Part shown: one piece after another, positions 51,631 to 63,920 of the stretch
Layout of the letters: each line of letters opens with the position of its first letter
How positions within the stretch are numbered: position 1 is the stretch's first letter
Assembly (NCBI GenBank): GCA_035084275.1
Contig: CM068759.1
Coordinates: 3,410,001-3,474,000 of the forward strand
DNA: 64,000 bases
DNA from: Hydrolagus colliei
Lineage: Eukaryota
Direction of reading: 5' to 3'
Position numbers and translations under genes: made by a program
The notes under the pieces: generated by a model
What the model was told of the DNA's origin: nothing
Seen by the model: only the letters and a program-made list of their open reading frames with translations
The model's database searches: none

Positions 51631-52734
51631 CGTGAATGACATGTTCTAACCTGTGAGTTATTGCATCAGATTCCTAGTTTATTCATTCAATTCAAGTATG
51701 AGTTCTCCCAAGATGCTAGGCACCTGTTAAAGTTTAAAACCATATCCCGTGACTTCAGTGTATAGTGTTGTTCCAACTTTTCTGAAATTCAACAGCTCCT
51801 TTTCTAAAGACAGTGAGAGTGAGGTCAGAGAGAGAGAGAGTGGCTTCAGAAATAGATTAATGCACCTTCCAACCTAATGTTTGTTTGATTGATTGGACCC
51901 CTCTTATTTTCTTGTTCCAGCAGGTTAAAGTTAATAATAATATACAATCATTCTTGCCTTTGATGCAAGTGCCTGAAATGTCGAAATGTCTCACAGCACT
52001 TCACAGGTAGTGGCTGTCAAGTGAAGCAATTTTATTTTAGGTGAATTTCATCAAAGTCTGTCTGGTGTTTCTTGCCTTCTCAGAAATATAGATGGTGTGT
52101 GTAAAAAAAAGACTCCTGCATATTTTAATGAATCTTTAGACGTCTGGCAAAAACATCTCTCTTTTTTATGCTTTATCGTCAAAATGACTGTAACTCATTT
52201 TAATTGCTGCAATTGGTAGGTGAACAGTGCCATGGCTCTGTCCCTGATTCCATTACATCACTGATGGGTTGGATCGATTGCAAATTCAGTTTCTTCTTCA
52301 AGTTTAGTTGATCATCTGTATTTATCACTGTTAGAGTAGCCCACATGGACCTTCTTCTAATTTATTGAATAAGAGAGCGGTTTCAAATGAGCCAATTCAG
52401 ATTTTTCTTCCTTCCATACAGCTAATTATCTTCTTCAAGACCCTCAAGCAATTTTGCATTTGACGACAGCGTATAACTATTTGGTAACACTTTACATTAA
52501 ATAAGCAGAAAAAAGTATGGGAAAAATTTCTCCATCGAACTTCCCATGGGGAATACTGCATTTATATTTGGTGGCAAAATTTTCCCTGTGATTCATCGCC
52601 AGAGTTGCGGTATCAGCAGGGGTTGAAGTACCACAAATCTCCCTGGAGACCTGTTCCTAAACCTATTTGAAGGAGGTGCCGAGCAGAGTATGACAAAGCC
52701 CTGTAATGCAAGGATGAATATGAAATGGAGACTC

Positions 52735-53092
52735 ATGTCTCAGTGTCAGACTCGTGACTTTTATTGCTGGGGGTGCATTGCATTGCCGGATGTGCCATCC
52801 TTTGGATGAGACATTAAACTAAGGTTCCTTCCCAAAGCATTGGGACGTCCTCCTGACGTAGGTGCTATACAATTGTATCTTTGTTATTCTGGGTGTTCAG
52901 GTGACTGTCAACTATCCCATGGCACTATTCGACAAGAGAAGTGGGTTTCTCCCAAGCTGCTGGCCAGGAATCACCCAAATCAAGTTAGTCATTCATTTTG
53001 TGGCTGTTCATATGCGCACATTGGCTGCCGTCTTTGCCTGCAAATTCACAGTCACTACACAATACGGTAAATTCTGTGAAGCAATTTGAGAG
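52735..53092 (+). mobile_element. Family B DeuSINE with nested short L2 tail (52830-52890)
   Basis: TTTGGATGAGACATTAAACTAAGG | insert | TCAGGTG..ATCCCATGGCACTATT..CATTGGCTGCCG. Confidence 0.75.
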
Positions 53093-53907
53093 TTGGCAGT
53101 GTGGTGTCCTCCTGCTTTTGTAGTAACAATCAATGGGCCACAAGGTTAAATTGCCAAAAGATCACGGAATAAACGTTATAAGACCAAAGTTTTGGAAATT
53201 ATGCAAAACATTCTATTTTTCTTCAAAACAGCGTTGATTGTATACTTATGTTGCCATTTAAATCCACAAATGTTTCATTGTTGAAGTTATAACAGCTACA
53301 ATAACAACAAATTGCATTTATGTAGTGCCTTTCATGTTAGCATATCTAAATAAATTTACATATAATGTTGAAAAACTAGATTAACCAGGTGTGGATGGCT
53401 TGACATAAATTCTTTGAATTATTTAATTTTTCTTCATTAAGATTTTACAACCAATTTGTGCAACTTCAGCTGGCATTAATACTTTTGGAGTAATTCTACA
53501 AGGAATAAGCATTATTCTCAATATCATTATTATTATCCCAACATTCAGTTTCCTTATTAATGTTTTTAATGCCAAATTCATTATTCTGCCTTATTATCTG
53601 GGGAGTTTCAATGAATTCCCCGGAAATATGTGTAAGTGAGGAAATTACAATTTGCAATGGAGGGTCATTTACCTCAGCTGCTAACATTATCGTCATCTCA
53701 GGGTGGCAGATTGAGGCTCGAGATCCATTTCTGACACCCATCACAGGGGTGGGAGTCAAAGATCTTTTGCTGAAGCATGAAAAATAGTAGCCACAATCAG
53801 TTGAAATGTGTGCAGGATAAACTTTTTTTTACTGATACAATTACATTAACGGGAAATGAATCCAGAATTTCGCCAACTTAATATAGAGTCAGTTCACTTT
53901 ATAGTGA

Positions 53908-54207
53908 AATTCTGTAGCTCAGTGGTTAGAGTACATGCCTCGCCCTGCCTGGGTTCGATTCCAGGCAGGGCGAAACCTTGGGCAAGTTTCCTTACTCCAC
54001 ACTCCTAATAATAATCCCTCAAAAAATATATAAACTGGTCACTTCAACCCACAACTGTTTGTGGGTCAATACTGTGCAGAATTGGTTCCTGTGTTTCGCC
54101 CACACATAATAAACAGTCAATTCACTTTCCAGTATATTCTGTGAAGCGCTTTGAGCCGTCTAGAAGATGTGGAAAGCGATGTATCAAATGCAAGGATTAT
54201 TGTTATT
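53908..54207 (+). mobile_element. SINE family A, full length, rearranged head
   Basis: A and B boxes, Deu core and tail present; anticodon arm replaced by an inverted copy of downstream sequence. Confidence 0.9.
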
Positions 54208-56551
54208 CGTACCAAACGTAAACGATGCCTTGACTGCTTTACTCAGCCCATAAAGCGTGTGAGCAGAGTCGTCATTATTAATTTAAACCACTTTAGAAGG
54301 GCATTGTTGAGTAAAAAACAAATGAACAAACAATTGGGCAACTTTCTGCGCAGGGCTTCCTGTAGAAGGGACCCCAAATTATATTGAATCATTAGGAGGT
54401 ATATCAGAGTGGTCACAATGGCACTGCAATCCACAGTTCATTTTGCCAAAGGCAAATAAGGAGTGATGAGAAATCAACCACTTCACAGCAGCAATACGTT
54501 TCCAGTTTTAATAACTTTTACACACTTCCTATTCATTATTGCAAAAACGTCTAGCATTTTCTTCGATTTTCCTATTGCAAACCACGAGGTGGTAGTCAAA
54601 ATGAGATTCTGTATTCAAAGGCAAGAGGTCTGGAAGGGAAGACCACAATGAATTAGTAATTTGGATCATAAAATACTTCAGGGTGATATGAAAATGGATA
54701 ACAAAGCCAATGAATAAAGATTCAGTCTCACTTTACGCTCCCCAGTGATAGTTGACGGGCAGGTTAAAACTGGGTAATGTTTCTACTGAGTCGTGATGAA
54801 GCTCTTAACATTCAGCAATGTCAGAATATACAACTCTCTCTCTGTGCAGTGTGTCACTGAGAGCTATGAAAGCAGCGTATTGCAGATGGAATATCGTTTG
54901 CAGCCTGGTGTGAGAAATTAATCCTCATCAATCTGAATTTTGAGAATATGTCATTATTTTATGGTTATATTAAAAAAACACAAGAATAGAAAACAGCAAC
55001 TTAGTAAGAACAAACTGAATGTTTGATCAATGTTCACATCGAACGGCAATGCAGCAGCTCTGATCTACACATGCATGTCTCTCATTTATCCTGATACATG
55101 TAGTTTAAGCAAACACAATGTAGAGAAAAAGAGCATCTCAAGAAACTCCCTCACTGGGAGAATGAAACACTTGATTCCTATGCTTATTGAGTCACTTCTG
55201 TTTGTTGAGTCAGAGAAAAGATCAGGAGAAAAGTACATTCACATTGAGCGGCACCGTGATCTTGCATCACCATTAAAAGCATAAGTTTGTGCTCCTGTGC
55301 AGCCACAATAAACTCATCAAACATTTATTAGTCAGTCCCAGGGCTTTCAGTAATGTCTTAATCAATAAACTCAAACACGAGTCTGGTTCTGAAAAAACAA
55401 AATCACACATATAAACTGTTCTAATTTGCTGTACACCCCCAGAACAGTAATTTGTTGCAGGCTCCCAAAATATTGCTCTTTCCCCAGCGAAAATTGTTTA
55501 TCCAGTTAAAAGATACACAACACACAATTGGAGATTGACTTCGATTTCCCGTCCTAACAAAACCAAGGTAATCTCTCAACTTTCGTAACTAATATTTAAA
55601 TGAGTTGATAAAAATCAGGACATTTTGTCTTCACTTGAACCCTCTCCAATTTAGTTACTCTATAAATGCACGTGCCACCTGTCATGGGAAGCATGATACT
55701 GTAGTTCATACTCTTAATTGTGTAAATGACCCTTTTTAACCTTGCCTCGTTTAGTACTGCTTCGGGTCATTATCATTTTCATGTATGTTTTCAGAGAACG
55801 TAATTATTCTTCTCTCTTTGGAATTGCAATGGTGAGCCACGGAAGGTTATTGTGGAGTGACGGCGTTAGGTTCCAAGTCAAACAGTTGGGTGAAAATAAT
55901 CAGTCCCTGTGTGGTACCACATAATAAGTCTGCTCCCCTGTAATCGTATTATGAATTCTGTACCCATTTTAGGTAGGGGGTCACAGCTGCTCTTGGTACG
56001 AGGTTGAGATGAAGAGGGTTCACAAGGGGGCTTCTAACAAATTCTGTTCACATGGAGAGCATTCTGCATTAAAGTGATAGATTTTTGTACAACTGCATAA
56101 GGCACTAATAGGTGACTCACAGTAGGAATAACAAAGTGATTCATAGATAGCTCTATCTTGATTTATAATCTTAATTATGCACTACAGAGTTTAGCTACAC
56201 ATGACTTCACCGTTCAAAATGATTTAAGCAACAGTGATGTCTTCCTGTCTCGACTAATTAATCGATTCATACCAGTCATGTGTCCTAATTTGTATTGGTC
56301 ACGTGACGCGCATCAGAATGTTATACAGTATATAACATTTATCATTTACAATACCTTTATATGATGGCTTCCAGCACCGTTATGGTGAAATACAACTCTG
56401 TCGGCGGACTGGTTATCATAGCAGGTTGAGAGGGCTGCTTATTGAATGGAAAACTGGGCTGACATTTGTAGAGTTGCAGAACTAGTGTGATGTGATAATT
56501 ATCATATTGAAAGAGATTGAAACACCATTAGTATATCCCGGTATAACAAAT

Positions 56552-56900
56552 CTGGCTCAGTTGGTAGCTCTCACTCTCTCTCTCTCTTTCTCTCTATCTG
56601 TCGTGTCTCAGTGGGAAAGTTGAATCCGTACATTGAGACGGTGAGCTCATAGTTTAGACTGAATCTCTACTGCAGTGCTGCATTGCCAGAAGTCTTTCAG
56701 ATGAGATATGAAACCTCGGACCCATCTACTTGTTGAAGTGGATGTTAAAGATCCCATGGCACCATTCGAAAACAGAAGGGAATTTTATCCTGTGACCTGG
56801 CCAAGCATCCTTCAGATAAAATTGATTGTTTGCGTGAAAAGGTTGCCAATGTTCACCTACAAATGTTCACCAAAAAAGTCGCGGGATCGATAAAACTGTG
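56552..56900 (+). mobile_element. Family B DeuSINE with internal (CT)n expansion
   Basis: CTGGCTCAGTTGGTAGCTCTC(TC)n; TCTTTCAGATGAGA; GTGGATGTTAAAGATCCCATGGCAC. Confidence 0.75.
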
Positions 56901-58939
56901 TTTGCCAACTACATTATTGTTGATAGAACATTTGAACCAAGGAGAAATGTGTCTGGTTCGACAAGCGCAGGTCTCTAAAGGCTAGGAGTAAATGAGAAAA
57001 CATGTAGTTCACCCCAATTCCAATCTTTGGCCACAAAACCAGCTGATCAATATTACACCCTTCCCTGTCACAATGTTCCGCTGCCCTCACAAATTGTATT
57101 AAGAATTATCCTGAACTGAAGCCAGACCCAGAGTTACTGGGTCAGTGTTCCTATATCGTTGGCGGAGATGGTCACTGGCCGTGAAACGAGAGCATAAGGG
57201 TTGGTTAGCAAAGCACACGTTCTGCTACAGCATTCCAATCTTTCAGCTACTTCTTGATTCACAATAATGGAATCCACAGGAGAGTATGAATTTAATGCAC
57301 AGCGTATTAAAACTTCCAGGAGATAAAGTTCACCGCAATGATTTACCTCCAATTTGATGTAAATGTCTCCTTGCATTAATAACTGCTGTTCAGCAGTGAC
57401 AGGCTTCATAAACTATGTAACAGCATTCCTGTATTACTGTACACAATTTGTGTCAAACCTGGATGTTCATATATGTAATATATTTTTTTAAATGTTATTT
57501 ATTTAGATCAGTTAGCCGATTACCTGCCCCCGTTTTAAAGCCTTTACTGCCCAGATGTGATCATACATTTTTTATTGTGTGCAGTTTTACTAAATTTGGT
57601 TATCCAAAGCATGGCGAGTTATCCTAACAAGCTACCAGGCAGGCTACCAACGAACACGGCTTTATCCTGCACTTTGTACAAATCATATGCCAATTAGAGC
57701 GAGGCAAGCTCAGAAAGAATTAGAACCAGAGTGACATTTATGCACAACAGAAAATTGAGAATGCAGGCTGGCTTCTCACAGCTGTGAGTTTGACCAGTCA
57801 AATTGGAAGGCTATTTATATGAGCTTGATGTCCTATGTTGGCGAAGTTGATAATTGTGATTCATCCTTATCTCACATTCATGTGTGTTGAAATAATGTGG
57901 TGGTGTTCGCTTGTCCTCTTCACGTAGTTTAAAATGAAACATTGCAAATGTGTCAGTGTTAAAATGTTTGCTGGGGATTTCATTTAAGAAATAGGCAATG
58001 CGCTCGCTTTCGACAAATGTACCAAAATATTGACCTTGTCAAAAAATTTTCATGATATAAATGTATTTGCTGAATATCCGCAGTCCAAATCAGCAAATTA
58101 CCCCACCTCGTTCCTCATGAATTGAAAATTTGAACCAAACTCAAACATTCACTGGAATAGAAAAAAAACGATAGACATGTCAAAACCTGAAATCACCAAT
58201 CGAAGGTGTGATCTTAGAAAAATCTGAAGCAACAGCTGAAACAGTCTTAGAACAGTACTAACTGCAAACCACTGTCTTCTAGGCCTTAAGACGCCGAGAC
58301 GAAGGTAAATTAATTAATAAGTGCAGTAGCGTTTCTATTAGTTAGTGCATTTTGAGTGAAATGGGACATCCTTCAGAAAGCATTTATGTCCACATTTTTT
58401 CTAGTGACAGTCTTAAGCATTAAAAGCACTCCAAAGTGAAATATCTGTGATGTCACAAATTCCAGTCGTGACAGATGTCAGGTTTGCAATGTGCCTACAT
58501 TATTATGTGTGATGAGCTGTGACAGTTTTCAGCTGGGTTACTTATGGGGCATTTTCACTCGGTGAATAATTACAGTTCACTGGCTTGATTTGGCTCTATT
58601 AGTCCAAATATGCGCCTCCGACAGCTTTGAAACAGGATTTCCTACAACAAAAACTAGATATTAAGGCCAATTTTGCCAGAGATTCGCATAAAGCGATCAG
58701 TTGATGGCTAGGGATACTATGCGCGAGATCACATTCAAGGATGAGGGTACTTTAAAGGGAAGGGACACAATGAGAACAGTTTTCAATCGTGCGAATTTCA
58801 GGTGGCAGCCGTAGTTGATCAGTAATTTTTAGGGGTTTCTTAAGAAAAGTTTGCGTAGTTTAAAAAAGTAGTTTAAAAAAAAATACAATTGCCGGTTTGG
58901 AGCATGTTAAATTTAAATGAATGAAAGGAATTTACAGAA

Positions 58940-59345
58940 TAGACAGTGGCTGACTCTTCCCTCAGCTGGAGGGATACATCACAGGGGAACATGCCCTTAA
59001 AATCACAACTAAGACAGTTAGCACTGAGATCAGGAAAAGTTCACAAAGTCACTTCACTTCACAATAAATGCTGTGAATCGCTTTGCAACGTCCTCCTGAT
59101 GTGAAAGGCGCTATACCGAATGCAAGGATTATCATTATTTCTTGATGCGGACAGTGTAAGACTAGAATGTTCTGCCCCAGAAAGCCGCAGAGGTGGAATC
59201 AATAGAGATGTTTAAGACAGGGACAGACAGATAGTTAGTTATTATGGGATATAGCCAAAGGTCAAGGTATTGGGATTAAGCCAAATCTAATAAAATGGTG
59301 GAATAGGCTCGAAGCCCAGACAGCCTCTTCTTTTTCTATTCTGTA
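58940..59345 (+). mobile_element. CR1 3' end with nested SINE tail (59041-59138)
   Basis: LFP..HALKI..TEIRK before the insert; NVLPQKAAEVESIEMFK and 3' UTR GGAATAGGCTCGAAG after it. Confidence 0.75.
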
Positions 59346-61729
59346 TTTTTGCTTGAAGCCATATGGGCTGATTTGAGTTGAGCTGTTTTGTTTATCACAT
59401 TGGCTCTCAGTGTTGGATGTGGTTTATTAATAACTCTACTCGCTGTTTGCACACAAAGATTTACACAAACTTGCAATTCAGGTTCTGGGTGGTGGGAGAG
59501 AGGGAAAGCGGGCACCGCCGATCTGTACCACATATTGGTGCCAGAGGAAATCTGCCACAGAGATGGGTGTGACAGAATTTGGCGAAATCCGGATCCAAAA
59601 ACTGCAGGCTTTTCATAAGAACAACAGGAGTTCAGAATCTGCTAATGTTCAGTCTTTAGCTGGGAGTGCTGTGCATAGAAAACAAAGTTTCTCCGCAATC
59701 GTTTTAAGATAAATCAAGCGAAATCCCTGGCTTCACAACTTTGCTGTATCATATACACAGATTTCTTTGTTTGCAAGGAGGCCATCGAAACTTAAAGCGA
59801 TTAGTTAGCAGAATCATTGTCAAAATGAAAAATAGGGAGGTTATATACAAGGGAGGATCAGCAAAGTGAAAGGCAGCAGAGAGCATGGTGTATCAGAAAA
59901 TGACACGCTACACTTGGCATTTCTAAGACATTCCGTGAATAAAAGCACCAGAAAAACAATCTAGCAACAATGAAAAGAGCATTTGACCTCATTGTTTAAT
60001 TTACTTATCAGTAAAGGAAACAAATAGGCATTATACTGTTATTAGAAGTCAATCCAATTGTTATACAGAAAAAGGCAATCTCTTTTGCATGAGTGCTAGT
60101 CAGAGCTACTGAGGCATTCGTGACCTCCAGGTCACATATTTCAGGAACTGGAAACATGATAACTTTAAATTCATAATGAATGAAGAAATACAAGGGGAGA
60201 CAGAATGAGGATTAACACTGCTTTGCAGGAAACCCCAGAGATTGGAAATTAAACATTTGACAAGAAGGACATTTTGGAAAGGACGCTTGGCAAAGTATTA
60301 ATACTGACGGAGATAACCACATGGAGGTGAAGGAAAGGGAAAAAAAAAAGTGCAGGAATGAGAAATTTATTTTTATTAGAAAAGGAACATCAGGCCATAG
60401 CAAAGGTAAAGCTGTAGCCAGGAAGAATGTGCAGACAGAGTAAATCTGAAGAGAGAAACAGAAGGGGTTACAAATGGAAGTTCACGGACACAATATTAAT
60501 TAATGACAGCCACCACAGCCACCATAAAGTGATGGGGAACCCAAATGGCAATTGCAAAAGCACCGAAGAATAAGGGAACATATAAGTAATCTTGGTAATT
60601 CAACATTGGTTTCAACACATGTTTCAATATGGCTGGCAAGTTGGGCTATCTGATCGTTTTGTAAAGTAAAAACATCTGCATATTGCCACAACGACAGATG
60701 TTGAGGTCCGTACATAATTCCGTAGCTCATGAATATCCATGAATTGGATGATTGATTCTGTTGGATTGTGCCCAGGTACTAAATGGGGCACAATGAAGAC
60801 ATGTGGGCTTTGAGTAACTCTCACTGTTAAGAATCAGAAGAGTGGATCGTCAATGTTTCCACCGACCAGCCAGCAATTGAACCTTGCATTGGAATCCCTA
60901 AGTGATTCTTAGGGAATCACCCTCACCAAAAAAGATCTTTATTTTGCCTTCCCTATTGCATTGCCATATTTCTTTTTTAAGAAACAGCTTTTAATTCCTG
61001 AGGGCTAATAAACACTAAGTATTGTTCAAAGTGTTATTTAATGTCACAGACTCCACCCGGGAAAACAAAATCAGACCATTATTCATTCTTGTCTTCATTT
61101 CCCTTTATTTATTTTGCCTGGGGAGAACCCAGTTCCATTTCAGCAAGTGCACAAATGATCCTTTTTGCTGATAGAAATCTTTACTAACAGGTTATTGTGC
61201 TGAAATTGAATTATTCTACCATTATGATCATTGCCTGATTGATTCTGAGTCAAAACAAAGCCCCAAATAGTCAGGAGGCAAAGGCAGAGATAAAGGCAGT
61301 GCCCATGGTCACAGGCCAATCTCTTTTGAAGCACTTTTCCTTTGCCCAATTATGACGTGAATTCCTTCCAAATACACATGGTTATTACTCTAGTTAGCTG
61401 ACAGTAACTTATGCTCTCTTCCTCATTTCCCCCCATCTTCCTGAGCCTGGTTCTCAGTTTCCATCAGGTCTCCCTTGGCCATCTCCCTTGGCTTACGTCG
61501 TCTCCTCATCAGGCTTATTCCACTCCTCCCCTTCCTTCCTCAGGCTGTAATTCTTCCCTACCCAAGCAGCTACAGTGTCTTAACTCACACACCAACATAT
61601 TAAGATAGAACACACGAGTCTACACTAGAGGCCAAGAACTTTTAAAATAACAAGTCATTCTACTGACAGTTGGAACTTCCAAGTGAATGGCTTTGTGGAA
61701 GGAACATGCTTACTTATGGAACATGCTTA

Positions 61730-61790
61730 CAGCTCCTTGGGAAGTCCTCTCAACGTGAAAGGCGCTATATTAATGTAAGTTTTGATTGAT
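61730..61790 (+). mobile_element. Short L2-type 3' tail
   Basis: CCTTGGGAAGTCCTCTCAACGTGAAAGGCGCTATATTAATGTAAG. Confidence 0.65.
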
Positions 61791-61949
61791 TTTTTTGGAT
61801 TGATTACGAGCAAACAGCCATTTGACAGTACTAGTCATAATTCTATCTAATGTTTGAATCAAATGGATATGTAGAATTGCTGACAATGTAGCAAATTCCC
61901 TCCTGATCACTAATTTAGGGTGGAGTGTTCTTCAGATACAGGCCCCTAC

Positions 61950-61973
61950 TCCGCCCCCCCCCCCCCCCCCCCC
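61950..61973. repeat. Poly-C tract
   Basis: About 20 consecutive C. Confidence 0.9.
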
Positions 61974-62340
61974 AAGGAATTAAAGGATTTAATCTAAAAT
62001 AACTTCAATTAAATTAATCTACTGTGTGCAATGTTAGAGGACAAATTCTGCAGATTATTATTTTAATTAAGATGTTAACTCAGTGATTTTTGGTTTACCT
62101 CTAGCTACAGTTGACTTGGAGAATCCTAAAAACATACACATGGATGCAAATTTACTCTCAGGTGCCTGTTTGTATTCAAAGGTTGTGGCTGCAAAGACAT
62201 GATTGTATGTGTATACTGTATATTTCTATGCAATTTCCAACATTTCATTCTTTCTGATCGTAATTGCTCACAGTCAATTATATAAACATTGCTGGCAGTG
62301 ATCAGTTTCAATTATGGATCCAATTATTACTGAAATAATT

Positions 62341-62770
62341 AGCCTGGTTCAAAGAGTAGTATTCTCACCTCTGAGTCAAAGATTTACGACTTCAAACCAT
62401 ACAACTGGACTTGGAACTCCTATAGTTCCAACTGCCAACTTCCATTGCAATGTTGGCGAGGTGCTATATTTATGGAGGTGCTATCCTTCAGATGAGACAT
62501 CTCATCTGGCTGTGCAAGTGGACTATCCCATGGCAGTATGTGTAAAAAGAGAAGGGAGTTTCTCCTACTGTGCTTACCAACCAACAGTCTCCCAGAAAGA
62601 AAATGGTAATTCAATTCATGGGTGTTTGTGTGATATTGCTGTATCTAAATTGGCTGCTGCATTTGCCTTTCCTACAGTATATACAATAAATCCCGTGAGG
62701 TACTTTGAGACGTCCTTCCAATGTAAAAGGTGCCATATCAAATGCAAGATTTATTATTATTATTATTATT
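62341..62770 (+). mobile_element. Family B (SacSINE1-like) DeuSINE, full length
   Basis: CACCTCTGAGTCAAAG head, CCTTCAGATGAGAC, ATCCCATGGCA, AAATTGGCTGCTGCATTT, tail and (ATT)n; explains ORF 62314..62808. Confidence 0.8.
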
Positions 62771-63336
62771 TTAAAAATTCATCACCTTCTAGTTATTTGT
62801 TTTTCTGACATGAAAGCCACTACCAGAAAGTTGAGAAATAATCTGCTATTTTACAGTTGAGTGTATGAGGATATGAGCTGGAGCCAGGGCAAGTTTAATG
62901 GGTCTGCTCCGTTATTTGATTGTCTAAGCCTTAATAGCAAAACAGGACATTGGAGACGACATGGTGGGTCTTAGATTTGTTTTCTGCAAACAAACTGGAT
63001 TGTTTGGCAAAAACTAAAGAGGTTTTTCATTTTTCTAACCAAGCTGGACATGCAGAAAACTAGTCAGCCCAGGCAAATGTATGCCTTTTCTTATCCAGTC
63101 TTGTTTGTAATTTGTTTGTGTTTCCTATTATACCCTCTCCGGGAAATACTTAAATTTTCCCCTGCAGACTAATCATTTCCTGGATATTGTTTGAAAGCCA
63201 ATTGCTCATCTCCTACAAACAAGTAGTACTGCTTTTTTGTTTTAATTGTTCTGTCTGCCTCTCGTTTACATGGTCCATCAGGGAAAATCTTTTATTTGTA
63301 TGGACAGCCGAGTGTCTGATAAACGTAAAGAGCCAT

Positions 63337-63400
63337 CAACAACAACAAAATTATATGTGCATTGCGCCTTTCCCGTCAGGAGGACATCCCAAGGCGTCAC
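63337..63400 (-). mobile_element. Short L2-type 3' tail
   Basis: (CAA)n AATTATATGTGCATTGCGCCTTTCCCGTCAGGAGGACATCCCAAGGCG. Confidence 0.75.
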
Positions 63401-63726
63401 CATGTTTCAGAAGTTCCAAATCACTCAAGAGTTCCATGCGTGTCACCGACATGTGGAAATTCATGTGTTTGGAATGGCAAGTGCGCTCTCTCCCCGGAGA
63501 GATGCTTCAAGCTTATCTGATTGCGGCTTGGGGAGCTCAGAATGTGTGTGGGATACTGCTAGAGTCTAACCACCTAAAACGGAAGAATCTAGACTCCCAG
63601 TGACTGATGTTCCATCCCCCATCCTCCTAGTGAACTAGGCTGGCTGGTCTGTTCATCATCAGTGCCCCAAATTATTATGTACCCACCTGATTCAGGAACC
63701 ATGTCACCTTGGAGCCACTTATCACA

Positions 63727-63920
63727 AATAAGAGTAATCTGGTCACTCAATCCACCAATGTATGGAGGAACACTACTGGGCATAATTGGCTGCCGCATTT
63801 CACCCACAAAATATGCAGTCAATTCACTTTACAGTATATTTTTGTGAAGTCTTTTGAGATGTCTTGAAGACATGAAAAGGCATTATAGCAAATGTATGGA
63901 TGATTATTCTTATTATTATT
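63727..63920 (+). mobile_element. SINE family A 3' half
   Basis: TGGTCACTCAATCCA..AATTGGCTGCCGCATTTCACCCAC..CAGTCAATTCACTTTACAGTATAT..tail. Confidence 0.85.

Noticed and set aside
62314-62808. Longest ORF (164 aa)
   Set aside because: Coincides with a family B SINE; poly-Tyr comes from the (ATT)n tail
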